Sequence record: MZ417521
DNA: 64,000 bases
Strand: one strand, 5' to 3'
From: Escherichia phage 132
Shown piece after piece: positions 36,054-46,074 of the stretch. Numbering within the stretch: position 1 is the first letter of the stretch; every line of letters begins with the position of its first letter. A program made the position numbers and the translations under genes. The notes under the pieces are model-generated. The model saw nothing but the letters and a program-made list of their open reading frames with translations. It had not been told where the DNA came from and did not search any database.

Positions 36054-36317
36054 TTATTTCATATTATTGAAATATTCTTCTGCGATTTCGTCGTTATCAT
36101 GGTAAACTTTAGAAGACAGTTTAACATAACCTTCAGCAGTGAACATGTTAATCACAACCTTTACAGTATACCACTGACCATCTTCATTACCCATTACTGC
36201 GTAAGTTTCAAACATCGGATGGTCAGGACCGATAACTTTAATATCATTCACCGTACGACCGAAATCTTCTGAAACACATTTCATAAAGAAGTTGAACAGT
36301 TCGCCGTAATTATCCAT
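36054..36317 (-). CDS. Hypothetical 87-aa protein
   Basis: Start at internal ATG (MDNYGELFNFF...); the ORF-track 43-aa N-terminal extension is a read-through of the early promoter. Confidence 0.5.
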   Translation of the reverse strand: MDNYGELFNFFMKCVSEDFGRTVNDIKVIGPDHPMFETYAVMGNEDGQWYTVKVVINMFTAEGYVKLSSKVYHDNDEIAEEYFNNMK

Positions 36318-36360
36318 TTTATTCTCCAAGTTGTTTTCTGTATCAGTAGTTGATATTGAT

Positions 36361-36390
36361 ATAGTACCATGGAAGAACAGGGATGTAAAC
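36361..36390 (-). promoter_or_regulatory. Early sigma70-type promoter
   Basis: Minus strand GTTTAC-N18-TGG-TACTAT; upstream of gene 36054..36317. Confidence 0.6.
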
Positions 36391-36521
36391 CATTTTGTGA
36401 AAAATTTTTTTAAAGTTTTAGGGAATTCTAGGGCAGGGAGGGGCAATTAAAGGATAGGATAATATATTATAAAGGGTAGAAACTAAATGATGCCTAGAGA
36501 GGTCCAAAAAGGCCTAGATAC

Positions 36522-36550
36522 TAAAAAGCCCCAACCTTTCGGCTGGGGCT
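36522..36550 (-). terminator. Intrinsic terminator at the distal end of the tRNA / small-RNA region
   Basis: AGCCCCA ... UGGGGCU hairpin followed by UUUUUA on the minus strand. Confidence 0.5.
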
Positions 36551-36856
36551 AAGCCTTGCGGCAACCTTGTCGGGGTTCCACCTGCTAAGGCAAGTGTTTG
36601 TACGAAACGCCGGGATTCGAACCCGGTTATTGAGCAGTTGACGCTACTCAATATTTTTAAAAGGCCATATCTCGACCATATCCGAACGTTCCGTCAAAAA
36701 CGCTACTCGGCTTACGGCAAAGATATTTCCTCGAATCGATAATTCGGTGCGCCGTTTCTGCTGTGATAGTAAAGAATCAGAACACAGTAAAACTGTGGGA
36801 GAAACTATACTCCAGGGAACATCAGTCCGACGACTTACCGGTAGCGACCCGGTTTC

Positions 36857-37207
36857 TTAGTATTCTTTTAAAGCATCAACCTGTCCACGACGTTTACGCC
36901 ATAAATCAATTACTTCATACGCAGATTCAGCATTTCGAATTGGACGGCATTTATATAAAGACTTGTGATTTTGATATTGTGTAGATAATGGAATTTTATC
37001 TAAAAGGTCTTTACGTTCAAAGTATTCGTAACCATCTAAACCAAATGAACGATTTTTGAGAAATTGCCAATGACCGTATTCGTTTTCGACATAAACATAA
37101 TCTGCATGCTGATAAAGTAAATTAATTACACGTTCAGAAATAACAGTGTCATTATGATTAAAATAGAATGTTAAATCATGAACTACTAAATAAACATTAC
37201 CTTTCAT
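36857..37207 (-). CDS. Hypothetical 116-aa protein directly downstream of tRNA-Arg
   Basis: ATG at 37205-37207 with GAGGAAAAT SD, 17 nt after the tRNA-Arg 3' end. Confidence 0.55.
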   Translation of the reverse strand: MKGNVYLVVHDLTFYFNHNDTVISERVINLLYQHADYVYVENEYGHWQFLKNRSFGLDGYEYFERKDLLDKIPLSTQYQNHKSLYKCRPIRNAESAYEVIDLWRKRRGQVDALKEY

Positions 37208-37223
37208 ATTTTCCTCACTTAAT

Positions 37224-37299
37224 TGGTCGAGGCAGTAGGGATCGAACCTACGACCTAGGACTTAGAAGGTCCTTGCTCTTCCTTCTGAGCTATGCCTCG
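37224..37299 (-). tRNA. tRNA-Arg (anticodon TCT)
   Basis: Cloverleaf folded by hand: D stem GCTC/GAGC, anticodon loop CTTCTAA, T arm GTAGG-TTCGATC-CCTAC, 3' CCA encoded. Confidence 0.8.
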
Positions 37300-37303
37300 G
37301 ATT

Positions 37304-37378
37304 TGGCGGACGTGATAGGATTCGAACCTATAACCAATCGCTTAACAGGCGATCGCTCTGCCATTGAGCTACACATCC
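37304..37378 (-). tRNA. tRNA-Asn (anticodon GTT)
   Basis: Acceptor GGATGTG/CACGTCC, anticodon stem ATCGC/GCGAT with loop CTGTTAA, T loop TTCGAAT, CCA encoded. Confidence 0.75.
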
Positions 37379-37382
37379 AAAT

Positions 37383-37469
37383 TGGTGGGGAGTGATGGAG
37401 TCGAACCACCCGAGTCGCAATGACAATGGATTTACAGTCCACACCGCTACCTCTACGGGATAACTCCCC
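37383..37469 (-). tRNA. tRNA-Tyr (anticodon GTA), long variable arm
   Basis: Acceptor GGGGAGT/ACTCCCC, anticodon loop CTGTAAA, long variable arm, T loop TTCGACT, CCA encoded. Confidence 0.7.
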
Positions 37470-37478
37470 AAATTAATT

Positions 37479-37553
37479 TGGTGGCCCTGGGTGGAATTGA
37501 ACCACCATCTGGCGATTATGAGTCGCTTGCTTGAACCTTCCAGCTACAGGGCC
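37479..37553 (-). tRNA. tRNA-Ile/Met (anticodon CAT; likely the lysidine-modified AUA-reading Ile as in T4)
   Basis: Acceptor GGCCCTG/CAGGGCC, anticodon loop CTCATAA, CCA encoded; 1 nt from tRNA-Thr. Confidence 0.75.
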
Positions 37554-37554
37554 T

Positions 37555-37630
37555 TGGTGCTGATTGACGGAATCGAACCGCCGACGTCCTCATTACAAGT
37601 GAGGTGCTCTACCTACTGAGCTAAATCAGC
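37555..37630 (-). tRNA. tRNA-Thr (anticodon TGT)
   Basis: Acceptor GCTGATT/AATCAGC, anticodon stem-loop CCTCA-CTTGTAA-TGAGG, CCA encoded. Confidence 0.8.
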
Positions 37631-37635
37631 AAAAC

Positions 37636-37725
37636 TGGCGGAGGCGATAGGATTTGAACCTATGAGTCGCCGGAGCGACTGCCGGTTTTCAAGACCGGTG
37701 CATTAAACCACTCTGCCACGCCTCC
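37636..37725 (-). tRNA. tRNA-Ser (anticodon TGA), long variable arm
   Basis: Acceptor GGAGGCG/CGCCTCC, anticodon loop CTTGAAA, long variable arm, CCA encoded. Confidence 0.8.
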
Positions 37726-37727
37726 AG

Positions 37728-37801
37728 TCTCCGCGGCAGGATTTGAACCTGCGACATTCTGCTCCCAAAGCAGACGCTCTACCAAACTGAGCTACACGGA
37801 G
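37728..37801 (-). tRNA. tRNA-Pro (anticodon TGG)
   Basis: Anticodon stem TCTGC/GCAGA with loop TTTGGGA, T loop TTCAAAT; CCA not encoded; 2 nt from tRNA-Ser. Confidence 0.75.
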
Positions 37802-37811
37802 TAAATTAAAT

Positions 37812-37885
<74 letters not shown>

Positions 37886-37890
37886 AAATT

Positions 37891-37977
37891 TGGTGCGAGA
37901 AGTGGGACTCGAACCCACAAGGAAATCATTCCGCAGCATTTTAAGTGCTGTGCCTTTACCAATTTGACCATTCTCGC
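37891..37977 (-). tRNA. tRNA-Leu (anticodon TAA), long variable arm
   Basis: Acceptor GCGAGAA/TTCTCGC, anticodon loop CTTAAAA, long variable arm, CCA encoded. Confidence 0.8.
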
Positions 37978-37978
37978 G

Positions 37979-38051
37979 CTGGGAATAAAGGACTCGAACC
38001 TTTGCATCCTGGAATCAAAATCCAGTGCCTTACCAACTTGGCTAATTCCCA
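37979..38051 (-). tRNA. tRNA-Gln (anticodon TTG)
   Basis: Acceptor TGGGAAT/ATTCCCA, anticodon stem-loop CTGGA-TTTTGAT-TCCAG; CCA not encoded; 1 nt from tRNA-Leu. Confidence 0.8.
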
Positions 38052-38120
38052 ATTATTAACAAAGGCTCTCAAGCAAGAACCCTTGATGATAGAGGGTATT
38101 AATCAGTGCGATATGAGTTA

Positions 38121-38146
38121 ATAATAACAAATAATTCTTAAAGCAT
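38121..38146 (-). promoter_or_regulatory. Middle-promoter-like element upstream of the tRNA cluster
   Basis: Minus strand ATGCTTTA box, 12 nt, TATTAT; located about 70 nt upstream of tRNA-Gln. Confidence 0.35.
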
Positions 38147-38148
38147 AT

Positions 38149-38436
38149 TTACCATTTATGATAATACATGTTTACGATGCATTCAAGACCCAAAGGATTC
38201 TTGAAAATATCATATTCAAGAGGACCTTTTTCTGTTTCAATAAAGAAATCAAAATTTACTGTATTAAATTTACGGTCTTCCTTCACTAATTTAACTTGAG
38301 AAGATGAACGGTCAATGTAAACCTTTTCAACTTCAAAACACGTTAAAATGCCATAATCATCAATCAAGGCTTTAGCTGCTTCTTGATCATATTTATATCC
38401 ATTTTCAATGGACGATACTTTCGCATAAAGAATCAT
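38149..38436 (-). CDS. Hypothetical 95-aa protein
   Basis: ORF track. Confidence 0.5.
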   Translation of the reverse strand: MILYAKVSSIENGYKYDQEAAKALIDDYGILTCFEVEKVYIDRSSSQVKLVKEDRKFNTVNFDFFIETEKGPLEYDIFKNPLGLECIVNMYYHKW

Positions 38437-38438
38437 TA

Positions 38439-38846
38439 TTAACCTTTATCAACAATAGTATGTGTATGGGCATTTACGATTTGCCACCAGTCAAAACTAT
38501 CGCCAAATCGTTTTGATTTATTGTCTTCAATAATTTGGCGTAATTCATCTTCTGTTTCAGCATACGCAATCAAATCATCATATCCACCGCAAGGATAGTA
38601 ATTATCGCCTGCGAACAAAAGAAAATTTACTTTAGATGGGTCTACATAATAATGCTCTTTAGGATATTTAGTTCCTTTCCAATCAGTTACTTCAACATAA
38701 CGATAAGAAATTCCGTCTTTATTACTTTCAACCCAGCTCCATGCTTCAAAAGGAGTATTAAAAACTTTATCAGGTATTAAATTACCTTCAAAATGAGAAG
38801 GATTTGCATAATACCCAGCATAAACATAATATTCGTTAATACTCAT
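38439..38846 (-). CDS. Hypothetical 135-aa protein
   Basis: ORF track. Confidence 0.5.
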   Translation of the reverse strand: MSINEYYVYAGYYANPSHFEGNLIPDKVFNTPFEAWSWVESNKDGISYRYVEVTDWKGTKYPKEHYYVDPSKVNFLLFAGDNYYPCGGYDDLIAYAETEDELRQIIEDNKSKRFGDSFDWWQIVNAHTHTIVDKG

Positions 38847-39032
38847 TTATTCACCTTTAGAAATTTTATCCATAACAATAGCAATTAAACCAATTAAAAA
38901 TGCTACTACAAGTGAAAACACATTTTCTGCTGTAGTTAATAATCCGCATATAAATCCAACAAACATTGAAAAACTAAAAGCGGAAGCAGAAATTGCAATA
39001 GCAACATTTCGAATTAATTCACAACGTTTCAT
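38847..39032 (-). CDS. Small membrane protein (2 TM)
   Basis: 61 aa, hydrophobic; early promoter upstream. Confidence 0.45.
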   Translation of the reverse strand: MKRCELIRNVAIAISASAFSFSMFVGFICGLLTTAENVFSLVVAFLIGLIAIVMDKISKGE

Positions 39033-39060
39033 TTTATTCTCCTCAGTAGTTGATAGGGTA

Positions 39061-39090
39061 ATAGTATCACTACCCTATCTAAAAGTAAAC
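39061..39090 (-). promoter_or_regulatory. Early sigma70-type promoter
   Basis: Minus strand GTTTAC-N18-TGA-TACTAT; upstream of gene 38847..39032. Confidence 0.6.
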
Positions 39091-39102
39091 TGTTTTTATA
39101 AA

Positions 39103-39411
39103 CTATTTTATTCCGCGTGATGCAATTGTATTCTGTCGTTTAGCACCAGTTTGTTTAAAGTCATGATTATCGATTTGATCGGTACGAGCAACACCGAATG
39201 ATGATTTAATCTTAGCTTTAGATCCTTTAGTTATAGAAATAAACATCTCGGAAGCCCCTTTCTTAAAGTCCGAAGCAATTACTTCAACACCGTTCTTAGC
39301 AAGTGACTTCAGAATTGCCTCCGCGTATTCATCGTCAAGACTCGCCTGAGTATTAATAACGAATGTCTTTGGTGCAGCCGCTTCATTGATAAATTCTTTA
39401 AATGTTTTCAT
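39103..39411 (-). CDS. Capsid-targeted internal protein candidate (ipI locus position)
   Basis: 102 aa; N-terminus MKTFKEFINEA; own early promoter. Confidence 0.6.
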   Translation of the reverse strand: MKTFKEFINEAAAPKTFVINTQASLDDEYAEAILKSLAKNGVEVIASDFKKGASEMFISITKGSKAKIKSSFGVARTDQIDNHDFKQTGAKRQNTIASRGIK

Positions 39412-39441
39412 TTTATTTTCCTAATTAATTTTGATGAGATA

Positions 39442-39471
39442 ATAGTACCACAACCCTATTTAAAAGTAAAC
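39442..39471 (-). promoter_or_regulatory. Early sigma70-type promoter
   Basis: Minus strand GTTTAC-N18-TGG-TACTAT; upstream of the internal-protein gene 39103..39411. Confidence 0.6.
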
Positions 39472-39744
39472 TCATTTTAAATAAATTGCATATTTTTTAT
39501 AACCCGCTGACTCATGACGAAGACCCTTATCATTAGCAAAACGCTCAATGTTGTTAATTTGATTCTGGTCAAGTTCAGAGATGTCAAACACGAAAAAGTT
39601 ACGTTTGTTACCAACTGTTACATAGTCAGTTAAATCAATATCATATAGGTAATTGATGTCAGCAATCAAAGTCTTGACAGCTTTGCTAATTTTTACTTTT
39701 TCGTTAAAAGTAGCTTCATTGATAAATTCTTTAAATGTTTTCAT
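39472..39744 (-). CDS. Capsid-targeted internal protein candidate (second gene at the ipI locus)
   Basis: 90 aa from internal ATG, N-terminus MKTFKEFINEA; GGAGAA SD; own early-type promoter. Confidence 0.55.
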   Translation of the reverse strand: MKTFKEFINEATFNEKVKISKAVKTLIADINYLYDIDLTDYVTVGNKRNFFVFDISELDQNQINNIERFANDKGLRHESAGYKKYAIYLK

Positions 39745-39780
39745 TTTATTCTCCAATCACTCATTTGTTTTGATAGGGTA

Positions 39781-39810
39781 ATAGTATCACAACTAAAACC
39801 CCGTGTAAAT
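39781..39810 (-). promoter_or_regulatory. Early-type promoter (-35 variant ATTTAC)
   Basis: Minus strand ATTTAC-N18-TGA-TACTAT; upstream of the internal-protein gene 39472..39744. Confidence 0.5.
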
Positions 39811-39822
39811 AACTTTGTGAAA

Positions 39823-40507
<685 letters not shown>

Positions 40508-40508
<1 letters not shown>

Positions 40509-41233
40509 TATAGTACCTTTAGTGTATTTTTAATTTTAGAAAAAAGTTCTTCAAGAGAACCATCGTTTGTAATTACTAAATCGCCATCACGAATTGGCAA
40601 TCCAGCTTCTGTAATATGAGTATCATTGGATTTTTGACCAGGACGAACTACATGAATTACTGTAGCACCCATCGCCCTAGCCGCATCCATTTCATGATCT
40701 TGACGAGTATCAGGAACGATATAATAATCATAACCTGAGTTAAATTTATCAAGATAATCTAAAGCAAATAATTTTACCCAATACATGCGGTCGAAGTTAT
40801 TAACAATCAAATCCGTACCTAGGGCTTGCATCAGACGACGGACTGACCATTGATCTTCAATATTATTTATAACGTCAGCAATCTTGTTGAATGCTACGAA
40901 ATTAACTGATTCTTTTCCTTCGTCATCAAAAACGAATACACCTTTAATTGGGCTTTTACTATTAAGATAGCAAAATGCTTGTTCCATAATAGTAATTACT
41001 TCTAATTTAGTCAGATTTAAATTAGTCTCACGATCATAGTCAATTCCTTCAAACTCTTTACGAGTTAAGCAAGGATAGTCAGTGTTTGCCGCAAATACGC
41101 CCCATGCATAAGCCAATGCATCCTTAATAGGACCAGCAAGTTGATATTTAACTGCAGAATAATTATTCATGATAAAATCTGCAGTAGTATCTTTTCCACT
41201 ACGCTTTACACCACTTAAAAAGATTAGTTTCAT
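40508..41233 (-). CDS. 1: Deoxynucleoside monophosphate kinase gp1
   Basis: 241 aa; P-loop GVKRSGKDT; T4 gp1 length. Confidence 0.9.
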
Positions 41234-41258
41234 ATGTTTCTCCTCAAATTTAGTTAAG

Positions 41259-41284
41259 ATTATAACACATGAAACTGAAGCATT
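41259..41284 (-). promoter_or_regulatory. Middle (MotA-dependent type) promoter candidate for gene 1
   Basis: Minus strand AATGCTTCA box, 11 nt, TATAAT; overlaps the gene 3 stop codon. Confidence 0.45.
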
Positions 41285-41813
41285 AAACTTCTGCTATAAT
41301 TTTACCATCTTTTTCTACTTGAAAATACGTATAAGGAATCGTTGCTGTACATACTAAAGCTGGGTCTGAATCTTCAGTGTAGCTAAATTCTACTTCAGAC
41401 AAGTCAGAAACCCAAGGCTTATAAAAATTTATTGACATTACAATTTCAGTTTTACTATTATCTAAAATGTAAAGCGTAATGTATTCGGGACCTGTTTTTT
41501 GGGCAGTATTTTCGCCTGTAAGATAGTTACTAGTTCCTAGCATCCATTCATACATTCCTATCCACGACTTAAGCTCTTCATCAACTATAAATCTCACAAT
41601 GAGTGGGTCGTACTCAAATGTAACACCTGGACGTTGTGCTCGGCCTAGTCCAAACGGCCCAGTCACGGTATCAGTAACAGGTATTCTAATTCCTGGAATA
41701 GGAACTGACTGAGCATTTAAAGTAAAAGCAGATGTAGTATTACTATGTGGTATTGATACTACAAAGTTAGTTGTATTTGCTTGGTTAAAAATTTGTTGTA
41801 GTGCTTGCGACAT
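41283..41813 (-). CDS. 3: Tail completion / sheath stabiliser gp3
   Basis: 176 aa from internal ATG with GAGGAAT SD (T4 gp3 is 176 aa); the ORF-track N-terminal extension lacks an SD. Confidence 0.75.
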   Translation of the reverse strand: MSQALQQIFNQANTTNFVVSIPHSNTTSAFTLNAQSVPIPGIRIPVTDTVTGPFGLGRAQRPGVTFEYDPLIVRFIVDEELKSWIGMYEWMLGTSNYLTGENTAQKTGPEYITLYILDNSKTEIVMSINFYKPWVSDLSEVEFSYTEDSDPALVCTATIPYTYFQVEKDGKIIAEV

Positions 41814-41919
41814 ATATTCCTCATAATGCTTCATAAATGTTGGTGGTATAATGGGTCTAAGTCCCTTCCATTCAATTCCAATTAGAACAAACAATAGAAA
41901 AGAATGGAAGATAATAGAA

Positions 41920-42744
41920 TTAGATATTTGACCAGACTTTGTTCGCAGAGAAACGTTTTCCTTTTGAAACGAACTGCTGAAGTGGCATTAACACAACGTT
42001 CGCCCAGTCTTTCGGGGCGATTTCAACAAGGCTACCCATAATATTACCAGGTATATATGCCTTAATCATTTGGTCTGCACCCCTAAATCCTTTCACTTGA
42101 CTCCAATCAATTTTTAATTTCGTTTTATTAGTAATAGTAGGTGTATTTGAATATTGCTTTAAAAGCTCTTCTAGAAATTGCTGACGAGCTTTAGGTGGAA
42201 TATAGTGCAAGTTCAATCCGTACATTAAATTATGTTTACCTAAACCAAGGTAAATTATCAAAGGAAATTTATCCCAATAAGGAAGAGTTTCTTTGTGTTT
42301 AGCATCGTAAGCAAAAGCATATATTCGTCCCGGCTGCGGGCGAACAACTTTATGTCCTTTTACTTGCTTAATAGTTTCAGCAAACCACTTTCTGGTTTTA
42401 TTATTAATTGCTGCACCTTCATTACGAATTTTATCACGTAATGTTTGTCTGAACGAATTTATCATAAGCAGTTGTCTTTCTTGCTTATTGAGTTTATTCA
42501 TTGGTTTTGATTCAAGCTTTTGAATCTTTTCAGCCGTTTTAATTCCTGAAGCATATTTTGACATTGCCGAAGTAAACGTAGAATATTTAATTCCTCTTTC
42601 TTCAGCAAATTGCTTTCCTGTCATTCCTTTTGCTTTGGCCTTTTTGTATTCAAGACCTATTTGAATCCATTTCTTTTCGTTTAATGATTGCTTAACCTTT
42701 GGAACTTGGGGAGTGCTTTCATTAATTATTTGAAAAATAGCCAT
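41920..42744 (-). CDS. 2: DNA end-protector protein gp2
   Basis: 274 aa; basic; order 1-3-2-4 as in T4. Confidence 0.75.
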   Translation of the reverse strand: MAIFQIINESTPQVPKVKQSLNEKKWIQIGLEYKKAKAKGMTGKQFAEERGIKYSTFTSAMSKYASGIKTAEKIQKLESKPMNKLNKQERQLLMINSFRQTLRDKIRNEGAAINNKTRKWFAETIKQVKGHKVVRPQPGRIYAFAYDAKHKETLPYWDKFPLIIYLGLGKHNLMYGLNLHYIPPKARQQFLEELLKQYSNTPTITNKTKLKIDWSQVKGFRGADQMIKAYIPGNIMGSLVEIAPKDWANVVLMPLQQFVSKGKRFSANKVWSNI

Positions 42745-43196
42745 TATGCCCCCTTAAAGCCAAGAGCTCGTAATCCATCTTCTGTTAAAATTCTAAATTT
42801 TATTCCACGCTTTTCAGCTAAAGCTTGCGCTGCTTTCCATTTGTCAGTATTAACGGAATATGTATAAATTTCATTCATAAATCTTTTCTTCGCTGCGGTT
42901 GTTAGATGTGCTGGTTTAACTGGTGGTTGTGTTTCTTTTTTAGGCTTTATTTCAATAAAAAATTCTTGTCCAGAAGAATCTTTCATCCAAATATCCATGA
43001 AGTATCTACGTTTTTTCCCTTCTGCATTACAAAAATAAGGAATTACTGCTGTTTCACTACCCCATGCAATAATTTCTGGATTTTTATCTAACCATTCAAA
43101 AAAGAATTTTTCCCAATTTGATCTATACGTAATTTTTTTAGGGTCACCTCTATATTTTGATATATTTTTAGGAACCCATTTTCCAGAATATGCCAT
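42744..43196 (-). CDS. 4: Head completion protein gp4
   Basis: 150 aa; AAGGAG SD; TATAAATA late box on the minus strand upstream. Confidence 0.75.
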   Translation of the reverse strand: MAYSGKWVPKNISKYRGDPKKITYRSNWEKFFFEWLDKNPEIIAWGSETAVIPYFCNAEGKKRRYFMDIWMKDSSGQEFFIEIKPKKETQPPVKPAHLTTAAKKRFMNEIYTYSVNTDKWKAAQALAEKRGIKFRILTEDGLRALGFKGA

Positions 43197-43207
43197 TGGA
43201 TTCTCCT

Positions 43208-43215
43208 TATAAATA
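43208..43215 (+). promoter_or_regulatory. Late promoter (TATAAATA) for gene 53
   Basis: Exact TATAAATA on the plus strand 28 nt upstream of the gene 53 ATG; back-to-back with the gene 4 late promoter. Confidence 0.6.
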
Positions 43216-43222
43216 GATAATA

Positions 43223-43230
43223 TATTTATA
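43223..43230 (-). promoter_or_regulatory. Late promoter (TATAAATA) for gene 4
   Basis: Exact TATAAATA on the minus strand 26 nt upstream of the gene 4 ATG. Confidence 0.55.
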
Positions 43231-43243
43231 AACAGGAGGGCCC

Positions 43244-43834
43244 ATGCTCTTTACATTTTTTGATCCGATTGAATATGCGGCCAAAACGGTGAATAAAAAC
43301 GCGCCGACTATTCCTATGACAGATATTTTTAGAAACTATAAAGACTATTTTAAACGCGCTCTTGCGGGATACCGCTTACGTACTTATTATATTAAAGGTT
43401 CACCACGCCCGGAAGAATTAGCAAATGCTATATATGGAAATCCGCAGTTGTATTGGGTTTTATTGATGTGTAATGATAATTACGATCCGTATTATGGATG
43501 GATTACTTCGCAGGAAGCTGCTTATCAAGCATCTATACAAAAATACAAAAATGTAGGTGGAGACCAAATAGTATATCACGTGAATGAGAATGGTGAAAAA
43601 TTTTATAATTTAATATCATACGATGATAATCCGTATGTTTGGTATGACAAAGGTGATAAAGCTAGAAAATATCCTCAATATGAAGGAGCTCTTGCTGCGG
43701 TCGATACGTATGAAGCTGCTGTTCTTGAAAATGAAAAACTTCGTCAAATAAAAATAATAGCAAAATCAGACATCAATTCATTTATGAACGACCTTATACG
43801 TATAATGGAGAAATCTTATGGAAATGATAAGTAA
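43244..43834 (+). CDS. 53: Baseplate wedge protein gp53
   Basis: 196 aa (T4 gp53 length); AGGAGGG SD; TATAAATA late promoter 29 nt upstream. Confidence 0.85.
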   Translation: MLFTFFDPIEYAAKTVNKNAPTIPMTDIFRNYKDYFKRALAGYRLRTYYIKGSPRPEELANAIYGNPQLYWVLLMCNDNYDPYYGWITSQEAAYQASIQKYKNVGGDQIVYHVNENGEKFYNLISYDDNPYVWYDKGDKARKYPQYEGALAAVDTYEAAVLENEKLRQIKIIAKSDINSFMNDLIRIMEKSYGNDK

Positions 43835-45545
43835 TAACCTTAATTGGTTTGTTGGTGTTGTTGAAGATAGAATGGACCCATTAAAATTAGGTCGCGTTCG
43901 TGTTCGTGTGGTTGGTCTGCATCCACCCCAAAGAGCGCAAGGCGATGTAATGGGTATTCCAACCGATAAATTGCCATGGATGTCAGTTATTCAACCGATA
44001 ACTTCTGCAGCAATGTCTGGAATTGGAGGCTCCGTTACTGGTCCGGTAGAAGGAACTAGAGTATATGGTCATTTTTTAGACAAATGGAAAACTAACGGAA
44101 TTGTCCTTGGCACATATGGTGGAATAGTTCGCGAAAAACCTAATAGACTTGAAGGATTTTCTGACCCAACTGGGCAGTATCCTAGACGTCTAGGAAATGA
44201 TACTAACGTATTAAACCAAGGCGGAGAAGTAGGATATGATTCGTCTTCTAACGTTATCCAAGACAGTAATTTAGACACTGCGATAAATCCCGATGATAGA
44301 CCGCTATCAGAGATTCCAACTGATGATAATCCAAATATGTCAATGGCTGAAATGCTTCGCCGTGATGAAGGATTAAGACTAAAAGTTTATTGGGATACAG
44401 AAGGATATCCGACAATTGGTATTGGTCATCTTATCATGAAGCAGCCAGTTCGTGATATGACCCAAATTAATAAAGTTTTATCAAAACAAGTTGGTCGTGA
44501 AATTACCGGAAATCCAGGTTCTATTACAATGGAAGAAGCGGTAACTTTATTTGAACGCGATTTGGCTGATATGCAACGTGACATTAAATCACATTCTAAA
44601 GTTGGCCCAGTTTGGCAAGCAGTTAATCGTTCTCGTCAAATGGCGTTAGAAAATATGGCATTCCAAATGGGCGTTGGTGGCGTAGCTAAATTTAACACAA
44701 TGTTAACTGCTATGTTAGCCGGAGATTGGGAAAAAGCATACAAAGCCGGTCGTGATTCATTATGGTATCAACAAACAAAAGGCCGTGCATCCCGTGTTAC
44801 CATGATTATTCTTACAGGTAATTTGGAATCATACGGTATTGAAGTTAAAACACCAGCTAGGTCTTTGTCAGCAATGGCTGCTACTGTAGCAAAGTCTTCT
44901 GACCCGGCTGACCCTCCTATTCCGAATGATTCGAGAATTTTATTCAAAGAACCTGTTTCTTCATATAAAGGTGAATATCCGTATGTTCACACAATGGAAA
45001 CTGAAAGCGGTCATATTCAGGAATTTGATGATACCCCTGGGCAAGAACGATACAGATTAGTTCATCCGACTGGAACGTATGAGGAAGTATCACCATCAGG
45101 AAGAAGAACAAGAAAAACTGTTGATAATTTGTATGATATAACAAATGCTGATGGTAATTTTTTAGTAGCCGGCGATAAAAAGACTAACGTCGGTGGATCA
45201 GAAATTTATTACAACATGGATAATCGTCTTCACCAAATAGATGGAAGCAACACAATATTTGTGCGTGGCGATGAAACTAAGACAGTTGAAGGTAATGGAA
45301 CTATCCTAGTCAAAGGTAATGTTACTATTGTAGTTGAAGGTAATGCTGACATTACAGTTAAAGGGGATGCTACCACTTTAGTTGAAGGAAATCAGACTAA
45401 TACAGTAAATGGAAATCTTTCTTGGAAAGTTGCTGGGACAGTTGATTGGGACGTTGGTGGTGATTGGACAGAAAAAATGGCATCTATGAGTTCTATTTCA
45501 TCTGGTCAATACACAATTGATGGATCGAGGATTGACATTGGCTAA
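43818..45545 (+). CDS. 5: Baseplate hub / tail-associated lysozyme gp5
   Basis: 575 aa; central lysozyme domain paralogous to gene e; C-terminal beta-helix VEGN repeats. Confidence 0.9.
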   Translation: MEMISNNLNWFVGVVEDRMDPLKLGRVRVRVVGLHPPQRAQGDVMGIPTDKLPWMSVIQPITSAAMSGIGGSVTGPVEGTRVYGHFLDKWKTNGIVLGTYGGIVREKPNRLEGFSDPTGQYPRRLGNDTNVLNQGGEVGYDSSSNVIQDSNLDTAINPDDRPLSEIPTDDNPNMSMAEMLRRDEGLRLKVYWDTEGYPTIGIGHLIMKQPVRDMTQINKVLSKQVGREITGNPGSITMEEAVTLFERDLADMQRDIKSHSKVGPVWQAVNRSRQMALENMAFQMGVGGVAKFNTMLTAMLAGDWEKAYKAGRDSLWYQQTKGRASRVTMIILTGNLESYGIEVKTPARSLSAMAATVAKSSDPADPPIPNDSRILFKEPVSSYKGEYPYVHTMETESGHIQEFDDTPGQERYRLVHPTGTYEEVSPSGRRTRKTVDNLYDITNADGNFLVAGDKKTNVGGSEIYYNMDNRLHQIDGSNTIFVRGDETKTVEGNGTILVKGNVTIVVEGNADITVKGDATTLVEGNQTNTVNGNLSWKVAGTVDWDVGGDWTEKMASMSSISSGQYTIDGSRIDIG

Positions 45546-45579
45546 TATACTTCCAATGAGCGCTGATTTAGGAGAATCC

Positions 45580-46074
45580 ATGGAAGGTTCTTCTATCGAC
45601 GTCACCTTTACCGCTCAATTAGAAACAGGTGAAACGTTAGTATCTATAAATATAAATAGTTACGAAGAAACTCCTGGGGTTTTAGTAGAAGAAAATCGTT
45701 TATATGGAACGTATGAATCTGTATTTGGATTTGGAAATGACGCATTGAAATATCGTTTAGATAATGAATTTAAAACTGCTGCTTCATGGGAAGACCTTCC
45801 AACTGATTCTAATACTCAGTTATATCTATGGAAAGCTCCTCAAAACCTCCAGAAGACATTCACTTATGAAGTAACATTAATATATGACTATCAAGAACAA
45901 AGTGAATCTGGAGGTTCTGGCAGTAATTCTAGGTCATCTTCTGATACTACTGAACCAACGGATCCTCCTGCTCCAATAAGAAAAACTCTTGTTAAAAATT
46001 ACACAAAAACTATAGTTGGAAATTGGAGTCGTTGGGCTAATAAATTGAGAAGCTACGTATATGAGAGGCAATAA
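45580..46074 (+). CDS. Hypothetical protein at the T4 5.1 position
   Basis: Start chosen at the ATG with GGAGAA SD; the longer ORF-track version overlaps gene 5; Ser/Gly-rich linker. Confidence 0.45.

Noticed and set aside
36612-36626. Possible eleventh tRNA at the perfect T-arm-like element
   Set aside because: I could not pair a 5' acceptor strand or find an anticodon arm; reported only as part of a possible small-RNA locus.
45645-45658. Tandem TATAAATA boxes inside the 5.1-position ORF, and another inside the ipII-like gene at about 30272
   Set aside because: They fall inside coding sequence; in DNA this AT-rich an 8-mer match is expected by chance several times, so I do not call them promoters without transcript data.
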